Source of the DNA: a virus
IMG/VR virus record: IMGVR_UViG_3300037484_000731
Coordinates: 1-64,000 of that record
Length of the DNA: 64,000 bases
Reading direction: 5' to 3' (one strand)
The position numbers and the translations under genes are program-made. The notes below the pieces were generated by a model. It saw nothing but the letters and a program-made list of their open reading frames with translations. It had not been told where the DNA came from and ran no database searches. Below are positions 1 through 9,024 of the stretch, in pieces. Each line of letters begins with the position of its first letter. The stretch's first letter is position 1.

Positions 1-592
1 TCTTTGGCCAGCTAAAGAAAGCTACTGAATCCTGCTCCGCATATGAAGCATTATACGGCCAATCTGGATTTGTTGTCAGAGGATTTTCATCCTTCTGTGC
101 CGTTCCCTTAAACGGGGCTGATGTGTAATTATCCCCGCCGAAGGTAAGTTCCAAATCTTCAGCCGTAATCTGCAATCTCCTGATCCATAGCCTCATTTCA
201 CGCCCACTCTTATTCTTCCCGATAAGAACACAGGAAGGATATACTGCTGCTGGGGCTTCGTGACCCATTATTACTCTGTCCCAATTCGCATCACTGTCGT
301 CAAATCTCCTCTGGGAAATCAGAGCAATCGTCTCAGCCTGAAGCTGTTTCAGTTTGGCTTCAATAGTAAACTCCTGATCAACAATGTCCCTTGCAATTTC
401 AGTCTTCGGAATACCAGTTTTGAAGATAGCATATGTCAGCTTCTGCCTCCATATCTTCTCCGCTTCCAAATATCCAAGACTCTTGAGGCCGTTCCCATCA
501 TGTAAATCGATATACATCGCCGGATCATGCAGGAACATATAGTTAACGTTGTTGCCAAAGTTGACTGTGTTGATATTAAGATTGTTTGCCAT
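1..592 (-). CDS. hypothetical protein, N-terminal 197 aa only (gene continues past window start)
   Basis: Minus-strand frame opens at ATG 592 (GGAGG 8 nt upstream) and stays open to position 1 (MANNLNINTVNFGNN...FFSWPK). Missing from the ORF track because it is truncated. Sits after the glycan island in the late region, so it may be a structural protein. Confidence 0.5.
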   Translation of the reverse strand, partial: MANNLNINTVNFGNNVNYMFLHDPAMYIDLHDGNGLKSLGYLEAEKIWRQKLTYAIFKTGIPKTEIARDIVDQEFTIEAKLKQLQAETIALISQRRFDDSDANWDRVIMGHEAPAAVYPSCVLIGKNKSGREMRLWIRRLQITAEDLELTFGGDNYTSAPFKGTAQKDENPLTTNPDWPYNASYAEQDSVAFFSWPK

Positions 593-908
593 CGTCTTTT
601 CCTCCATTATAGTTTTTAAAGAGCTTCACAAACTCATCCGGTCTTAAAGCTCTATCATCAATGTAAAAATCGGCAACAGGCTTACCCATTACCAATGAAT
701 CATAATTGATGCCAATTTGACCGACTTGACTCATGGTATTAGCCAACTTATCCCAGTGTCTCGCCGTAAAAATAATGATGGTGTGGCCTTCCTTATGTAA
801 TTTATTGACCATAGCTACAACATCTTCATTAATCTTTAAAATATTATAGACTCCGTCCTTGAACTCGGTCTCGCAAATAGTCCCATCAAAATCAAAACAA
901 AGTGTCAT
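576..908 (-). CDS. HAD-superfamily phosphatase (small sugar-phosphate phosphatase type)
   Basis: Motif I CFDFDGT, motif II FTAR, motif III/IV GKPVADFYIDDR. Start trimmed to internal Met (MTLCFDFDG), which gives an ATGA overlap with the upstream gene and an AAGGAG RBS. Confidence 0.6.
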   Translation of the reverse strand: MTLCFDFDGTICETEFKDGVYNILKINEDVVAMVNKLHKEGHTIIIFTARHWDKLANTMSQVGQIGINYDSLVMGKPVADFYIDDRALRPDEFVKLFKNYNGGKDDGKQS

Positions 909-1726
909 CCTCTTAACTCCTTTCTCTTTTGCATTTCGCATTCAAATACCTTTCTGCCTTCTTCCACTCCCAGAGCAGATTCAATATCCCTGATTCCACG
1001 TACCAATTTAAATATTCCTGCTGGTTCAATACTTGATAATTGATCTGATCCCCACATCATTCGATCAAGAGTTACATGACGTTCAATCCACGTTGCACCA
1101 AGAGCTACTGCAGCAAATGTCGTTACAAGACCAAATTCATGTCCGGAATAACCTATATCTTTATTGACGTACATATTCTGTAGCCATTTTATATAATAAA
1201 GATTAAGGTCTTTGATATTTGCTGGATAAGCAGAATTACAGTGCATAACCACGTCCGGATTGCCAACTTTAACTGCATTTATTATTTCATCTTCTGTAGA
1301 CATTCCAGTTGAGATGATCATTTTTTTAAAGTTTCCTCTACACCATTGTAATAAAGATAAATCTGTTAATTTCGCAGAAGGAACTTTTACAATAGAATCT
1401 CCAAACTGTTGTAAAAAGACCACTGAATCCATATCCCACGCAGAAGCAAACCACTTGATCCCCTTCTCCTTACAATATTGATCTATCTGTTCATATTGGT
1501 TGCCATCAAGCTCCAGTTTATATTTATATTCAATATATGAAATAGTCCCCCACGGCGTCACTCTCGGTATATTTTTTTGATGATCCGGTACGCAGACGTC
1601 CGGATTTCTTTTTTGAAATTTTACATAATCTATACCGGCTGCAGCACATACGTCAATCAGCCTCTTCACGATGTTCATATCACCATTATGATTGATTCCT
1701 ATGTCTGCAACAAGTTTAATACTCAT
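905..1726 (-). CDS. NeuB-family nonulosonic-acid (sialic-acid-like) synthase
   Basis: N-terminal IADIGINHNGDMNIVKRLIDVCAAAGIDYVKFQ matches the NeuB/PseI/LegI signature (IAEIGxNHNGs...A.aGAdavKFQ). Start trimmed to MSIKLVADIGINHNG (ATGA overlap with the HNH gene). Confidence 0.7.
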   Translation of the reverse strand: MSIKLVADIGINHNGDMNIVKRLIDVCAAAGIDYVKFQKRNPDVCVPDHQKNIPRVTPWGTISYIEYKYKLELDGNQYEQIDQYCKEKGIKWFASAWDMDSVVFLQQFGDSIVKVPSAKLTDLSLLQWCRGNFKKMIISTGMSTEDEIINAVKVGNPDVVMHCNSAYPANIKDLNLYYIKWLQNMYVNKDIGYSGHEFGLVTTFAAVALGATWIERHVTLDRMMWGSDQLSSIEPAGIFKLVRGIRDIESALGVEEGRKVFECEMQKRKELRG

Positions 1727-2148
1727 AATATTTCTCCCTGATGAATACAATAACCAAAAGCACCAATATGACAATTACAATTAAAACAAAGAACTCGAAA
1801 TCCTTCAGGATAGCCATTTTTCTTAAGCCATTCATAAAACTTCCAACCACCTTGTATATTAATTTCTTTTCTGTGTTTTCGGCCACCACCGTTCACGTGG
1901 TCAATAGTAAGAAAATTAATGTAGTTTTCTCCACAACATTCACATTTACCGCCGTAATATTGTATTACCTCTTGTTTTAATTTAATTCTGTATTTCTTTT
2001 GTGAACTCTTTTTAATATAGGCCATTGATTGTTTACCTTTGTCTGTCTGTGCATATTTCTTACGTGCACGAATACGTACTTGCTTACCATTTTTCGTCTT
2101 CCGATAAATTTTATCGTATTCTTTCTTGGCCTCTTTCCGGTTAGTCAT
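1723..2148 (-). CDS. HNH homing endonuclease, zinc-finger subfamily (paralog 1 of 8)
   Basis: GGKCECCGE...FLTIDHVNGGGRKHR...GFRVLCFNCN...GYCIH; Lys-rich N-terminus. Confidence 0.75.
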   Translation of the reverse strand: MTNRKEAKKEYDKIYRKTKNGKQVRIRARKKYAQTDKGKQSMAYIKKSSQKKYRIKLKQEVIQYYGGKCECCGENYINFLTIDHVNGGGRKHRKEINIQGGWKFYEWLKKNGYPEGFRVLCFNCNCHIGAFGYCIHQGEIL

Positions 2149-2809
2149 TATTACATGCCGTCCTTACGTGAGATTTTTCCAGCAGTACATGTACCCACTG
2201 CCGGTAATCAACAAAGAAATTTATAGTCATGTTATATTTGAGACAGTTTGTATCAAAGAATTGTTTCCATTCAGAAGCAGTTTTGAGATTAATATGCACT
2301 GCACCAAGTCCCCTTTCTTCCCAATTTTTGTCTCGTGCTACTGCATGAGTCGCAATCTGATGATATACGAACCTCTTGGCCACCCTACATTCCTCGGCAA
2401 AGGTCTTTTCTTCAATTTCAACCGGAATATGTTCCATTCCATCTAAATGAGTAATTAGATCAAACTGATTGTCCTTAAACATATTCAAGTTATCAGCACT
2501 GGCCTCAACAATATTGAGGTCTGGTCTATACTTTCGGATCGTCTTAGCTGCGATATCAACACACGTAATTTGCAGCCACGGATATTCTCTCCTGAAGAAA
2601 TCCACCCAAAATCCACGACCGCAGCCAATGTCGAGCAGCGTCACAGATTCTTTAATTGCGGATTTAATGGACTGATGAATTACATCATTTCCTCTGAGGA
2701 AAGTCTTTGGCCTTCCAGACCTCCAGCCATACGTCTTATCCTCCGTATAAAGAAGGTTGTATTTCATCTTTTCCCGCTTTATTAAGATATTCCGTTTGTC
2801 GTCGTCCAT
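2141..2809 (-). CDS. class I SAM-dependent methyltransferase
   Basis: Motif I LLDIGCGRGFW followed by an acidic motif II region. Confidence 0.55.
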   Translation of the reverse strand: MDDDKRNILIKREKMKYNLLYTEDKTYGWRSGRPKTFLRGNDVIHQSIKSAIKESVTLLDIGCGRGFWVDFFRREYPWLQITCVDIAAKTIRKYRPDLNIVEASADNLNMFKDNQFDLITHLDGMEHIPVEIEEKTFAEECRVAKRFVYHQIATHAVARDKNWEERGLGAVHINLKTASEWKQFFDTNCLKYNMTINFFVDYRQWVHVLLEKSHVRTACNND

Positions 2810-3504
2810 TTGACATCCCCTTGTTTTATTCTTCCTTCAACGATCCCAGACAATAAATCCATAATAAAATCATCAGTCTTGAAATTCGGATGCGACATAA
2901 ACAGATTATAGAAGAACTTGGCATTACCATTGAAATCGTGTCCATCTTCCTTCTTGCCAACATTAATGATATTCCCCTGCGATCTGATCTTCTGGGGCAG
3001 GTATCCATCCAGATACTCTTGGTAATTATCATGTACGAATGCCGGATTTTTACTTGCAAAAAAATCAATCCCAGTCATGTAAAGTAATGCTGGCTGCTGA
3101 TCCAAGATGTCCTGTATGATATAATTACCCATGGATGCGCTTTTTAAAGCCTTATTCACTTTCAAAAATACGTCCCTGATCGTGCGAGCGCATATGTATT
3201 TATTAAATTCATTAAGGTCTTCCTGTGAGCTTCCCTTCAAACAGAGCCATTTGACTCCCCGTATCTTCATCTCTTTTATTGGGAAAGGCTTCATTTCCCT
3301 GTAATATTGCCTATTTACATAGGCCACATCGCACCGGCGTCCGTAGTCCTTGTAGTACTTATCCTTATTAAAAGCCCACGAATGGCCGGACTTTACAACA
3401 ATATCATATGAGTCAATTAATTTACCCATGTCACGATCAACCAAATTCGGACAAGCTCCGACAAAGACAACTTTCTTTCCTTTTATAAACTCTTTGAAAC
3501 CCAT
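2782..3504 (-). CDS. DUF115/Maf-like (motility-accessory-factor-like) putative glycan transferase
   Basis: GKKVVFVGACPNL...DIVVKSG resembles the DUF115 core (IIGnGPSL...cN). Confidence 0.4.
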   Translation of the reverse strand: MGFKEFIKGKKVVFVGACPNLVDRDMGKLIDSYDIVVKSGHSWAFNKDKYYKDYGRRCDVAYVNRQYYREMKPFPIKEMKIRGVKWLCLKGSSQEDLNEFNKYICARTIRDVFLKVNKALKSASMGNYIIQDILDQQPALLYMTGIDFFASKNPAFVHDNYQEYLDGYLPQKIRSQGNIINVGKKEDGHDFNGNAKFFYNLFMSHPNFKTDDFIMDLLSGIVEGRIKQGDVKWTTTNGIS

Positions 3505-4139
3505 TATATTTTACTAACCTCCCAAATACCCATCACTGAATAAATATGATCTGGTTTAATTAAATCGTGCTCCCGTATTACCTCTAATGGTGTTCCTAAG
3601 TTAAAAGGTGGTTTTGATAAATCTCTCTTTTCAAGCATTAAGCAAGTGGTGTCCCCATTTATTGGAACATTAAAAGAAGTTGTTACCATGAGATATTTAG
3701 ACCCACTCTTCTTAATATTATCAAGAGCCATTAAGATTTCTTTATTTGTTAAATGAATAAATACACTTCTAATGAACAACATATCTGATTGCGGAGGAAT
3801 TTCATCAACAATATTCATATATTTAAACTCAAAATTTGGATACTTCTTTTTATTACTTTCTATAAGTCTTTCAACTATATCAATACCAAGATATTTAATA
3901 CCAACCCAGTCAATGGTATTTAACCAATAAAAATTACCACACCCACAATCAGTAAATGTTTTAATATTATATCTTTTAAATATGTCTGGCATTTGTTGTT
4001 TAAGCTTAACATACTTAGACAAACTTTTCATTTTCCCCCAGAGACCAATATTATTAAGTTTTACATGTCTATTATAAAGCCTGTTCCATTGTTCCCGCAA
4101 AGACAACCCCTTTACTTCCTGTTCCCATTGTTTATCCAT
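3504..4139 (-). CDS. class I SAM-dependent methyltransferase
   Basis: FTDCGCGNFYW glycine-rich motif I; about 210 aa. Confidence 0.5.
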   Translation of the reverse strand: MDKQWEQEVKGLSLREQWNRLYNRHVKLNNIGLWGKMKSLSKYVKLKQQMPDIFKRYNIKTFTDCGCGNFYWLNTIDWVGIKYLGIDIVERLIESNKKKYPNFEFKYMNIVDEIPPQSDMLFIRSVFIHLTNKEILMALDNIKKSGSKYLMVTTSFNVPINGDTTCLMLEKRDLSKPPFNLGTPLEVIREHDLIKPDHIYSVMGIWEVSKI

Positions 4140-4158
4140 TTTAATTTCTCCTATTTAA

Positions 4159-5628
4159 TTATAACTTTTCTATACTCGTCTTTCTTTCCATAGGATCAAG
4201 TTTGTAAACCTCAGTATCCTTATAATATGAATCCCCAACTACGTGTGTAGTTGATATTTCCTCAAAGATCGCTCCTTTGTCATCAGTCCAAAACTCGTGC
4301 GCCCTATACCGGTCAACAAGGATATCATCACCTTTCTTTAATTCATGTATGTCATCTTCCAGTTTAACAGTTAGGTTGCCAAATAAAACCCTGAAAGTCT
4401 CTTCCTTGCTATGATGAACATGATTGAGATATTTCTGATTTGGCAACATAATTATATATTTCTTACAATACTGCCTATTTATCACGTCCACAATTACTGC
4501 ACCATATTCCTTGAACTTATCAAATCCGTAATGATGGCAAAGCTCTGCAGTACACTTACTATTTAGAACGATACCAGCTTCGGCCATCATTCCTTTTGCC
4601 TGATGAAAGTACAATCTGACAAGTCTTATTTTATCCTTACTGTCATCATGATCGAGGATTGGATCATTTTTCTTATAATCTACACTGGCACTCACATGAC
4701 TTCTATATGCGCCATATTCTTCCGCAAGGAGTTGGTTTCTATGATTCGGGAATGCGAAGAATATATCTCCATGCTTGATGTCCGAACCCTTTGATACGTC
4801 CTTGGACGCCCAAACACCCCGTTTTAAAGCCCTGAGGCTCTCCCGTTCCTCTTCCGGAATGTTTTTAAGGTCGTCCCCACAATATTGCATGGCCATATCA
4901 ATAAATTCAACATAAATTTTAGCTTCATCCGGTATGATTGAATAACTATTCCCCTGATCAAGTTTGATGTGCCGTTCTATGATCCCAGCCCCTTTGCCTA
5001 CCGCTATTCGGGCAGCATCCATCGTTCCGGCTGATGAATGATCCGAGAACCCAATAGGTACATCATATCGCCTCTTCATCTTGCTTATAACGTCGAGGTT
5101 CATATATCTTGGCGGAGCGGGATAAATACCACAGCAGTGCAACAACGAAAAATTACTCCCCTTATGCTTGAGGAAATTATACAAGTTGTCGATTTCATCC
5201 CAGTTGAGCCCACCCGTGGATGCTATGATTAACTTATCCCAATCCGATATCCTATCCAAGAGTCCCCACTCATTGGCGCAGCAGCTTGCAACCTTGACAA
5301 AATCAACATTACACTGCTTTATGAAATCGACTGAGTTCTCATCAAAAGGAGTAATCCCCAACATGAAACCCCTTTCCTTAATGTAAGAACAGAGCTTGAG
5401 AAAATCCTCGTTCTGCATTCTGGTATCCATAAACCTCTTGACATTAGCGACGTTGTAATCCGTCTTAAAGTCCGGATGAATAAACGTGTCAATGTCTCTG
5501 CGCTGCAACTTGATCGCAAAGTAAAACTTGTCATACTCCTTCTTTATAGGAGCGAGAGCATCTACTATCCGACATGCCTTCTCAAGGCTGCCGTCATGAT
5601 TATTGGCCATTTCCCATACTATAAGCAT
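4159..5628 (-). CDS. NeuB-family nonulosonic-acid synthase paralog with C-terminal extension
   Basis: N-terminus VWEMANNHDGSLEKACRIVDALAP...AIKLQ resembles the NeuB N-terminal signature; 489 aa, so an extra C-terminal domain. Confidence 0.55.
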   Translation of the reverse strand: MLIVWEMANNHDGSLEKACRIVDALAPIKKEYDKFYFAIKLQRRDIDTFIHPDFKTDYNVANVKRFMDTRMQNEDFLKLCSYIKERGFMLGITPFDENSVDFIKQCNVDFVKVASCCANEWGLLDRISDWDKLIIASTGGLNWDEIDNLYNFLKHKGSNFSLLHCCGIYPAPPRYMNLDVISKMKRRYDVPIGFSDHSSAGTMDAARIAVGKGAGIIERHIKLDQGNSYSIIPDEAKIYVEFIDMAMQYCGDDLKNIPEEERESLRALKRGVWASKDVSKGSDIKHGDIFFAFPNHRNQLLAEEYGAYRSHVSASVDYKKNDPILDHDDSKDKIRLVRLYFHQAKGMMAEAGIVLNSKCTAELCHHYGFDKFKEYGAVIVDVINRQYCKKYIIMLPNQKYLNHVHHSKEETFRVLFGNLTVKLEDDIHELKKGDDILVDRYRAHEFWTDDKGAIFEEISTTHVVGDSYYKDTEVYKLDPMERKTSIEKL

Positions 5629-6704
5629 GATATCACCTCATCAAATTTTTCTTCTGGAACTGTATATCTTACAACCGTAACTGGGCTATTATTATCAAGA
5701 CCCAAGTTGTTATGGTGAATGTAAATGTTAATGACTCCCTTTCTCGGTAGAATACCATACACTGAGTGACAAGTATTCTTCGGTTTTCCGTCCTTGAAAT
5801 GTACAATCTGCTCGTGAAAGTATCTGCCCACAATATCGAAATTTACTCCATCGACTCCACGTACCAGCCTGATGCAGCAGTTCCCATCAATATCAAAGTA
5901 TGGGATTAATCCCACAAAAATCTTTTTATATCTGAAGATTGATGGTGTATAATAGTTGTCTCTGTCTGCCTGATATCCATTAATGTTAATAAGTCTGAAT
6001 TTGTCCCAGTGTATGAGGTCTTTGGATGTTGAGTATTGAATGTATCTGAATCCAACTGCAACGTTCGCCCTCACATATAGAAAATATTGATCAGTATTCT
6101 CATCGTAGACGCAACAGACTTGACCGTCAAATTCCGATCCCTTGCCAAAATTCTTTATAGCATCAATAAAACCCTCATTTTTCGTGGTAACAATAGGTTT
6201 CTTTCCTATCTGCTCCCAGTGCAGACCTGTTTCACTCTTAAAAAGGTAAAGTCCTCTTACATGCTCCAACATCTTCTTATTAGATAAGAGTCTCTTATGT
6301 TCGGACAAGTCAAAAACTTCTCTCGTACAAGGCCACTGAAATTTTTCTTCATATACTTTCTTGAAAACATCATAACTCGTTATTCCATGGAATGCCCTGT
6401 CATGCTTCCAGTTATCTACACCGCCTATACTATACAAAGTTCTGTTCTTTCCATAGAAGGGAGTAAAGTTGTGTGTCGCTCCTGATGCTTTTAGTACAAC
6501 GGTCTTGCTCTGATCGAAGGTCACACCATCTCTGCTATCAGTACAGATAGTATTAAAATGTTTAACCCAGCGATTACTGTATAATCTAACTATTCCGTCC
6601 GGACACTTAATGATGGAATAATAAATCGCCTTTCTTGCATCCGATTCATATATCTGGTTTTCATATTTGAGTTTCAATTCCTTCATATCACCCTCTTTAT
6701 CCAT
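5619..6704 (-). CDS. hypothetical protein (361 aa) inside glycan island
   Basis: Long ORF in the operon frame with no motif I can name; could be a glycosidase- or transferase-like beta-rich protein. Confidence 0.4.
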   Translation of the reverse strand: MDKEGDMKELKLKYENQIYESDARKAIYYSIIKCPDGIVRLYSNRWVKHFNTICTDSRDGVTFDQSKTVVLKASGATHNFTPFYGKNRTLYSIGGVDNWKHDRAFHGITSYDVFKKVYEEKFQWPCTREVFDLSEHKRLLSNKKMLEHVRGLYLFKSETGLHWEQIGKKPIVTTKNEGFIDAIKNFGKGSEFDGQVCCVYDENTDQYFLYVRANVAVGFRYIQYSTSKDLIHWDKFRLININGYQADRDNYYTPSIFRYKKIFVGLIPYFDIDGNCCIRLVRGVDGVNFDIVGRYFHEQIVHFKDGKPKNTCHSVYGILPRKGVINIYIHHNNLGLDNNSPVTVVRYTVPEEKFDEVISCL

Positions 6705-7225
6705 GATGTATCTCTGAATACTGCATCTGGTTTCAGTAGCCGATCAACTACTAACTTTACCCTATTGTAGTCATGACCCCCGATCCATCCATTAATTCTA
6801 ACTTTTGGCAACCATATTCTAACATCATGGTCTACTACATCGGGCTGATGATTTCCATCAATGTACACAAAATCAAATACTTTCTTCTCAACAAAGAGCT
6901 TGACGGCATTGTCACTTGTTTCCCTCAAGTGTTGTACATTTTCAAATTTGTCCAGTATGTCAGTCTTAAACTGCTTATATACGTCCTCCATCGGATATTT
7001 GTATGATGATGTGTCGCTATCATCATATCCATTCTTATATGGATCGACTGAAATTACATGATTAAAATTTTGAGCAAAAACCCTTGTTGAATCACCAACA
7101 TAAGAACCAATTTCTACCATAATCATCCCCTTTGTCGGAGCGGGAGACTTAAGGTTTATATAATCAACCATATCTTTAAGTCCAATGATCGCATATGTAG
7201 CGTTTCTGATTGATATCTTATTCAT
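6683..7225 (-). CDS. SAM-dependent methyltransferase (TylF/Methyltransf_24-like)
   Basis: MVEIGSYVGDSTRVFAQNF motif I. Start trimmed to MNKISIRN (GGTGGAG RBS) to remove a 125-nt overlap with the GT8 gene. Confidence 0.45.
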   Translation of the reverse strand: MNKISIRNATYAIIGLKDMVDYINLKSPAPTKGMIMVEIGSYVGDSTRVFAQNFNHVISVDPYKNGYDDSDTSSYKYPMEDVYKQFKTDILDKFENVQHLRETSDNAVKLFVEKKVFDFVYIDGNHQPDVVDHDVRIWLPKVRINGWIGGHDYNRVKLVVDRLLKPDAVFRDTSWIKRVI

Positions 7226-7946
7226 GATTATATCTCCACCATTCACGCTCAAGCATTGCATATTGTTCCTCTCGAACATTGGTCTTCTTCTGCCACGGCT
7301 TCTCGCCCACATAATGTAAAATCCGCATGGTTTGCAGCACATGCTTGAATTTGTTCGTATAGAGCATTCTCTTTTCTACATTAAAGACCTTGTCGAGGTA
7401 CATCATACGATTTCTGAAGTAATGATTGATTACCGTCTGATCCGGCATCTTATGTCCAGACCTCGCAATCCTGAGCATCTCAACATAAACCTGTTCATTA
7501 AGGAATTGCTGATTGACAACAAACACCCCAGAATTTATATCACGTCTCATCATATCATGTAACGGATCATAACCCTTGACTGCTGCAAATCCCGCAGTCG
7601 TTGCAAAAAGCTGCTTAATATCTCCTAATATGAGAGTATCCGAATCAATAAATACGAGCCGTTCATATCCCTTCATATTGAATATATCAAGCTTGTAGTA
7701 AGTACATCTTAATTTTGGGGCTGTCTTCTCAAAATCAGTCCCCGCATATCTTTTCTTATCAATTGGCTGCCATGTGATGTCTTTATATATTTGAGTCAGT
7801 TTTCCCTTTGTCTCCGGCAGCACCCCGTCATCAAGTATCACAACCGGAAGATCAAACCAAGGATTATTCTTGAGTAATGACCTTATCATTGCTTTAAAGC
7901 CAATTACAAACTCTTCGTTCAGCATCGTTACAAGTGCCGTTTTCAT
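7218..7946 (-). CDS. family GT8 retaining glycosyltransferase
   Basis: DxD motif LVFIDSDTLIL and C-terminal HYVGEKPW (GT8 HYxGxxKPW signature). Confidence 0.7.
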   Translation of the reverse strand: MKTALVTMLNEEFVIGFKAMIRSLLKNNPWFDLPVVILDDGVLPETKGKLTQIYKDITWQPIDKKRYAGTDFEKTAPKLRCTYYKLDIFNMKGYERLVFIDSDTLILGDIKQLFATTAGFAAVKGYDPLHDMMRRDINSGVFVVNQQFLNEQVYVEMLRIARSGHKMPDQTVINHYFRNRMMYLDKVFNVEKRMLYTNKFKHVLQTMRILHYVGEKPWQKKTNVREEQYAMLEREWWRYNHE

Positions 7947-8593
7947 TTTTTTTGCTCCTCTAAATGTTCAAAATCTTTGATGGTATCAACATCAACCATC
8001 TCACCTATTGGATAGAAAACTGTTTTCTTATTCCATAGATTTTTATTTAGTTTTTTTATTTCACCGGCATATGCAATAAAGATAGCATGACTTGCCTTGA
8101 ACATCCGTGGGTAATCCTGTCTTCTGTAAAGATCGTGTTTTATAATTTGTCTCCCAGTACAATCCTTCATACTATCAAAGAACCATCTATACGGATGGAT
8201 TTCATCATTTGTCTGTTCCTCTCTGCAGAGAAGTGACTTCCCTTTCACTCTATCGAAGAATTTATGTGCTGCAATGATTTGCTTCCATGTTCTGGTCGGA
8301 TAAGTAAGATAGAGCATTGTGATTTTATCAGTATCTGGTATATTGTAATGATTAATTACATCCAAAAGAACTGATTTAGTATGCGCCGTATCTGTACAAA
8401 GCTCTGCTCTCCTTATGTGAATATGAAATCCTTTGGTCAAAGCAACATGACAGATCGTCATATCATCCGTCGTCACAATTACTCGACTTACCAGTGACGA
8501 CGGAATCATATTAGCCGTATAAGAAAAAAGTTTTCTGTTCTTAAGCGGTAAACCTTTACTACCCTGACGAGCCGGTATTATTATCCAATTCAT
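7943..8593 (-). CDS. acylneuraminate (nonulosonate) cytidylyltransferase, NeuA/CTP_transf_3 family
   Basis: N-terminus NWIIIPARQGSKGLPLKN matches the CMP-sugar synthetase signature (AIIPARggSKgipgKN). Confidence 0.7.
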   Translation of the reverse strand: MNWIIIPARQGSKGLPLKNRKLFSYTANMIPSSLVSRVIVTTDDMTICHVALTKGFHIHIRRAELCTDTAHTKSVLLDVINHYNIPDTDKITMLYLTYPTRTWKQIIAAHKFFDRVKGKSLLCREEQTNDEIHPYRWFFDSMKDCTGRQIIKHDLYRRQDYPRMFKASHAIFIAYAGEIKKLNKNLWNKKTVFYPIGEMVDVDTIKDFEHLEEQKK

Positions 8594-9024
8594 ATGAGTC
8601 CCTCTTTCTTGAAGAGTTCCTCGATGTTGACGATCGCCCAGTTCACATCAAACATATCAATATGAATATGAGCACCAAAGCTAAATCCAACATCGGCATA
8701 GAAACCAAGCTGGTCTCCTTCCAGTACTTTCTGTCCTTTATAGACCATATTCTCCCTGAGATGACAGTACCTCACGTGGTAAAGTCCATTCTCAAGCCGA
8801 TGATCTATAATCACCACATTACCGAGAGAATGCTTACGATCAGTCCACCTCAACGACTCCTGATAGTTATCCATGTCATACGACACGTTCCCCTCTGCAA
8901 TCGCAAAAATGCTATCACTCTCTCTACTGATTAAATCCAATCCTCCATGGAACTCCTCTTTTCCTTTAAGGATTCGTTTCCCAAAGTGGCTGGTTATTAC
9001 CGCATTGTCAACTGGCAGCCTCAT
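8590..9024 (-). CDS. M23/LytM-family metallopeptidase
   Basis: HFGKR...FHGGLDL (HxxxD) and GAHIHIDMF (HxH). Confidence 0.6.
   Translation of the reverse strand: MRLPVDNAVITSHFGKRILKGKEEFHGGLDLISRESDSIFAIAEGNVSYDMDNYQESLRWTDRKHSLGNVVIIDHRLENGLYHVRYCHLRENMVYKGQKVLEGDQLGFYADVGFSFGAHIHIDMFDVNWAIVNIEELFKKEGLI

Noticed and set aside
260-505. Plus-strand ORFs in the track (for example 260..505, 1260..1481, 20837..21283, 41046..41588, 54550..54951, 62565..63269)
   Set aside because: Every one lies antisense to a longer minus-strand gene with motif or RBS support. Several are low-complexity or have hydrophobic compositional bias. No plus-strand gene is supported anywhere in the window
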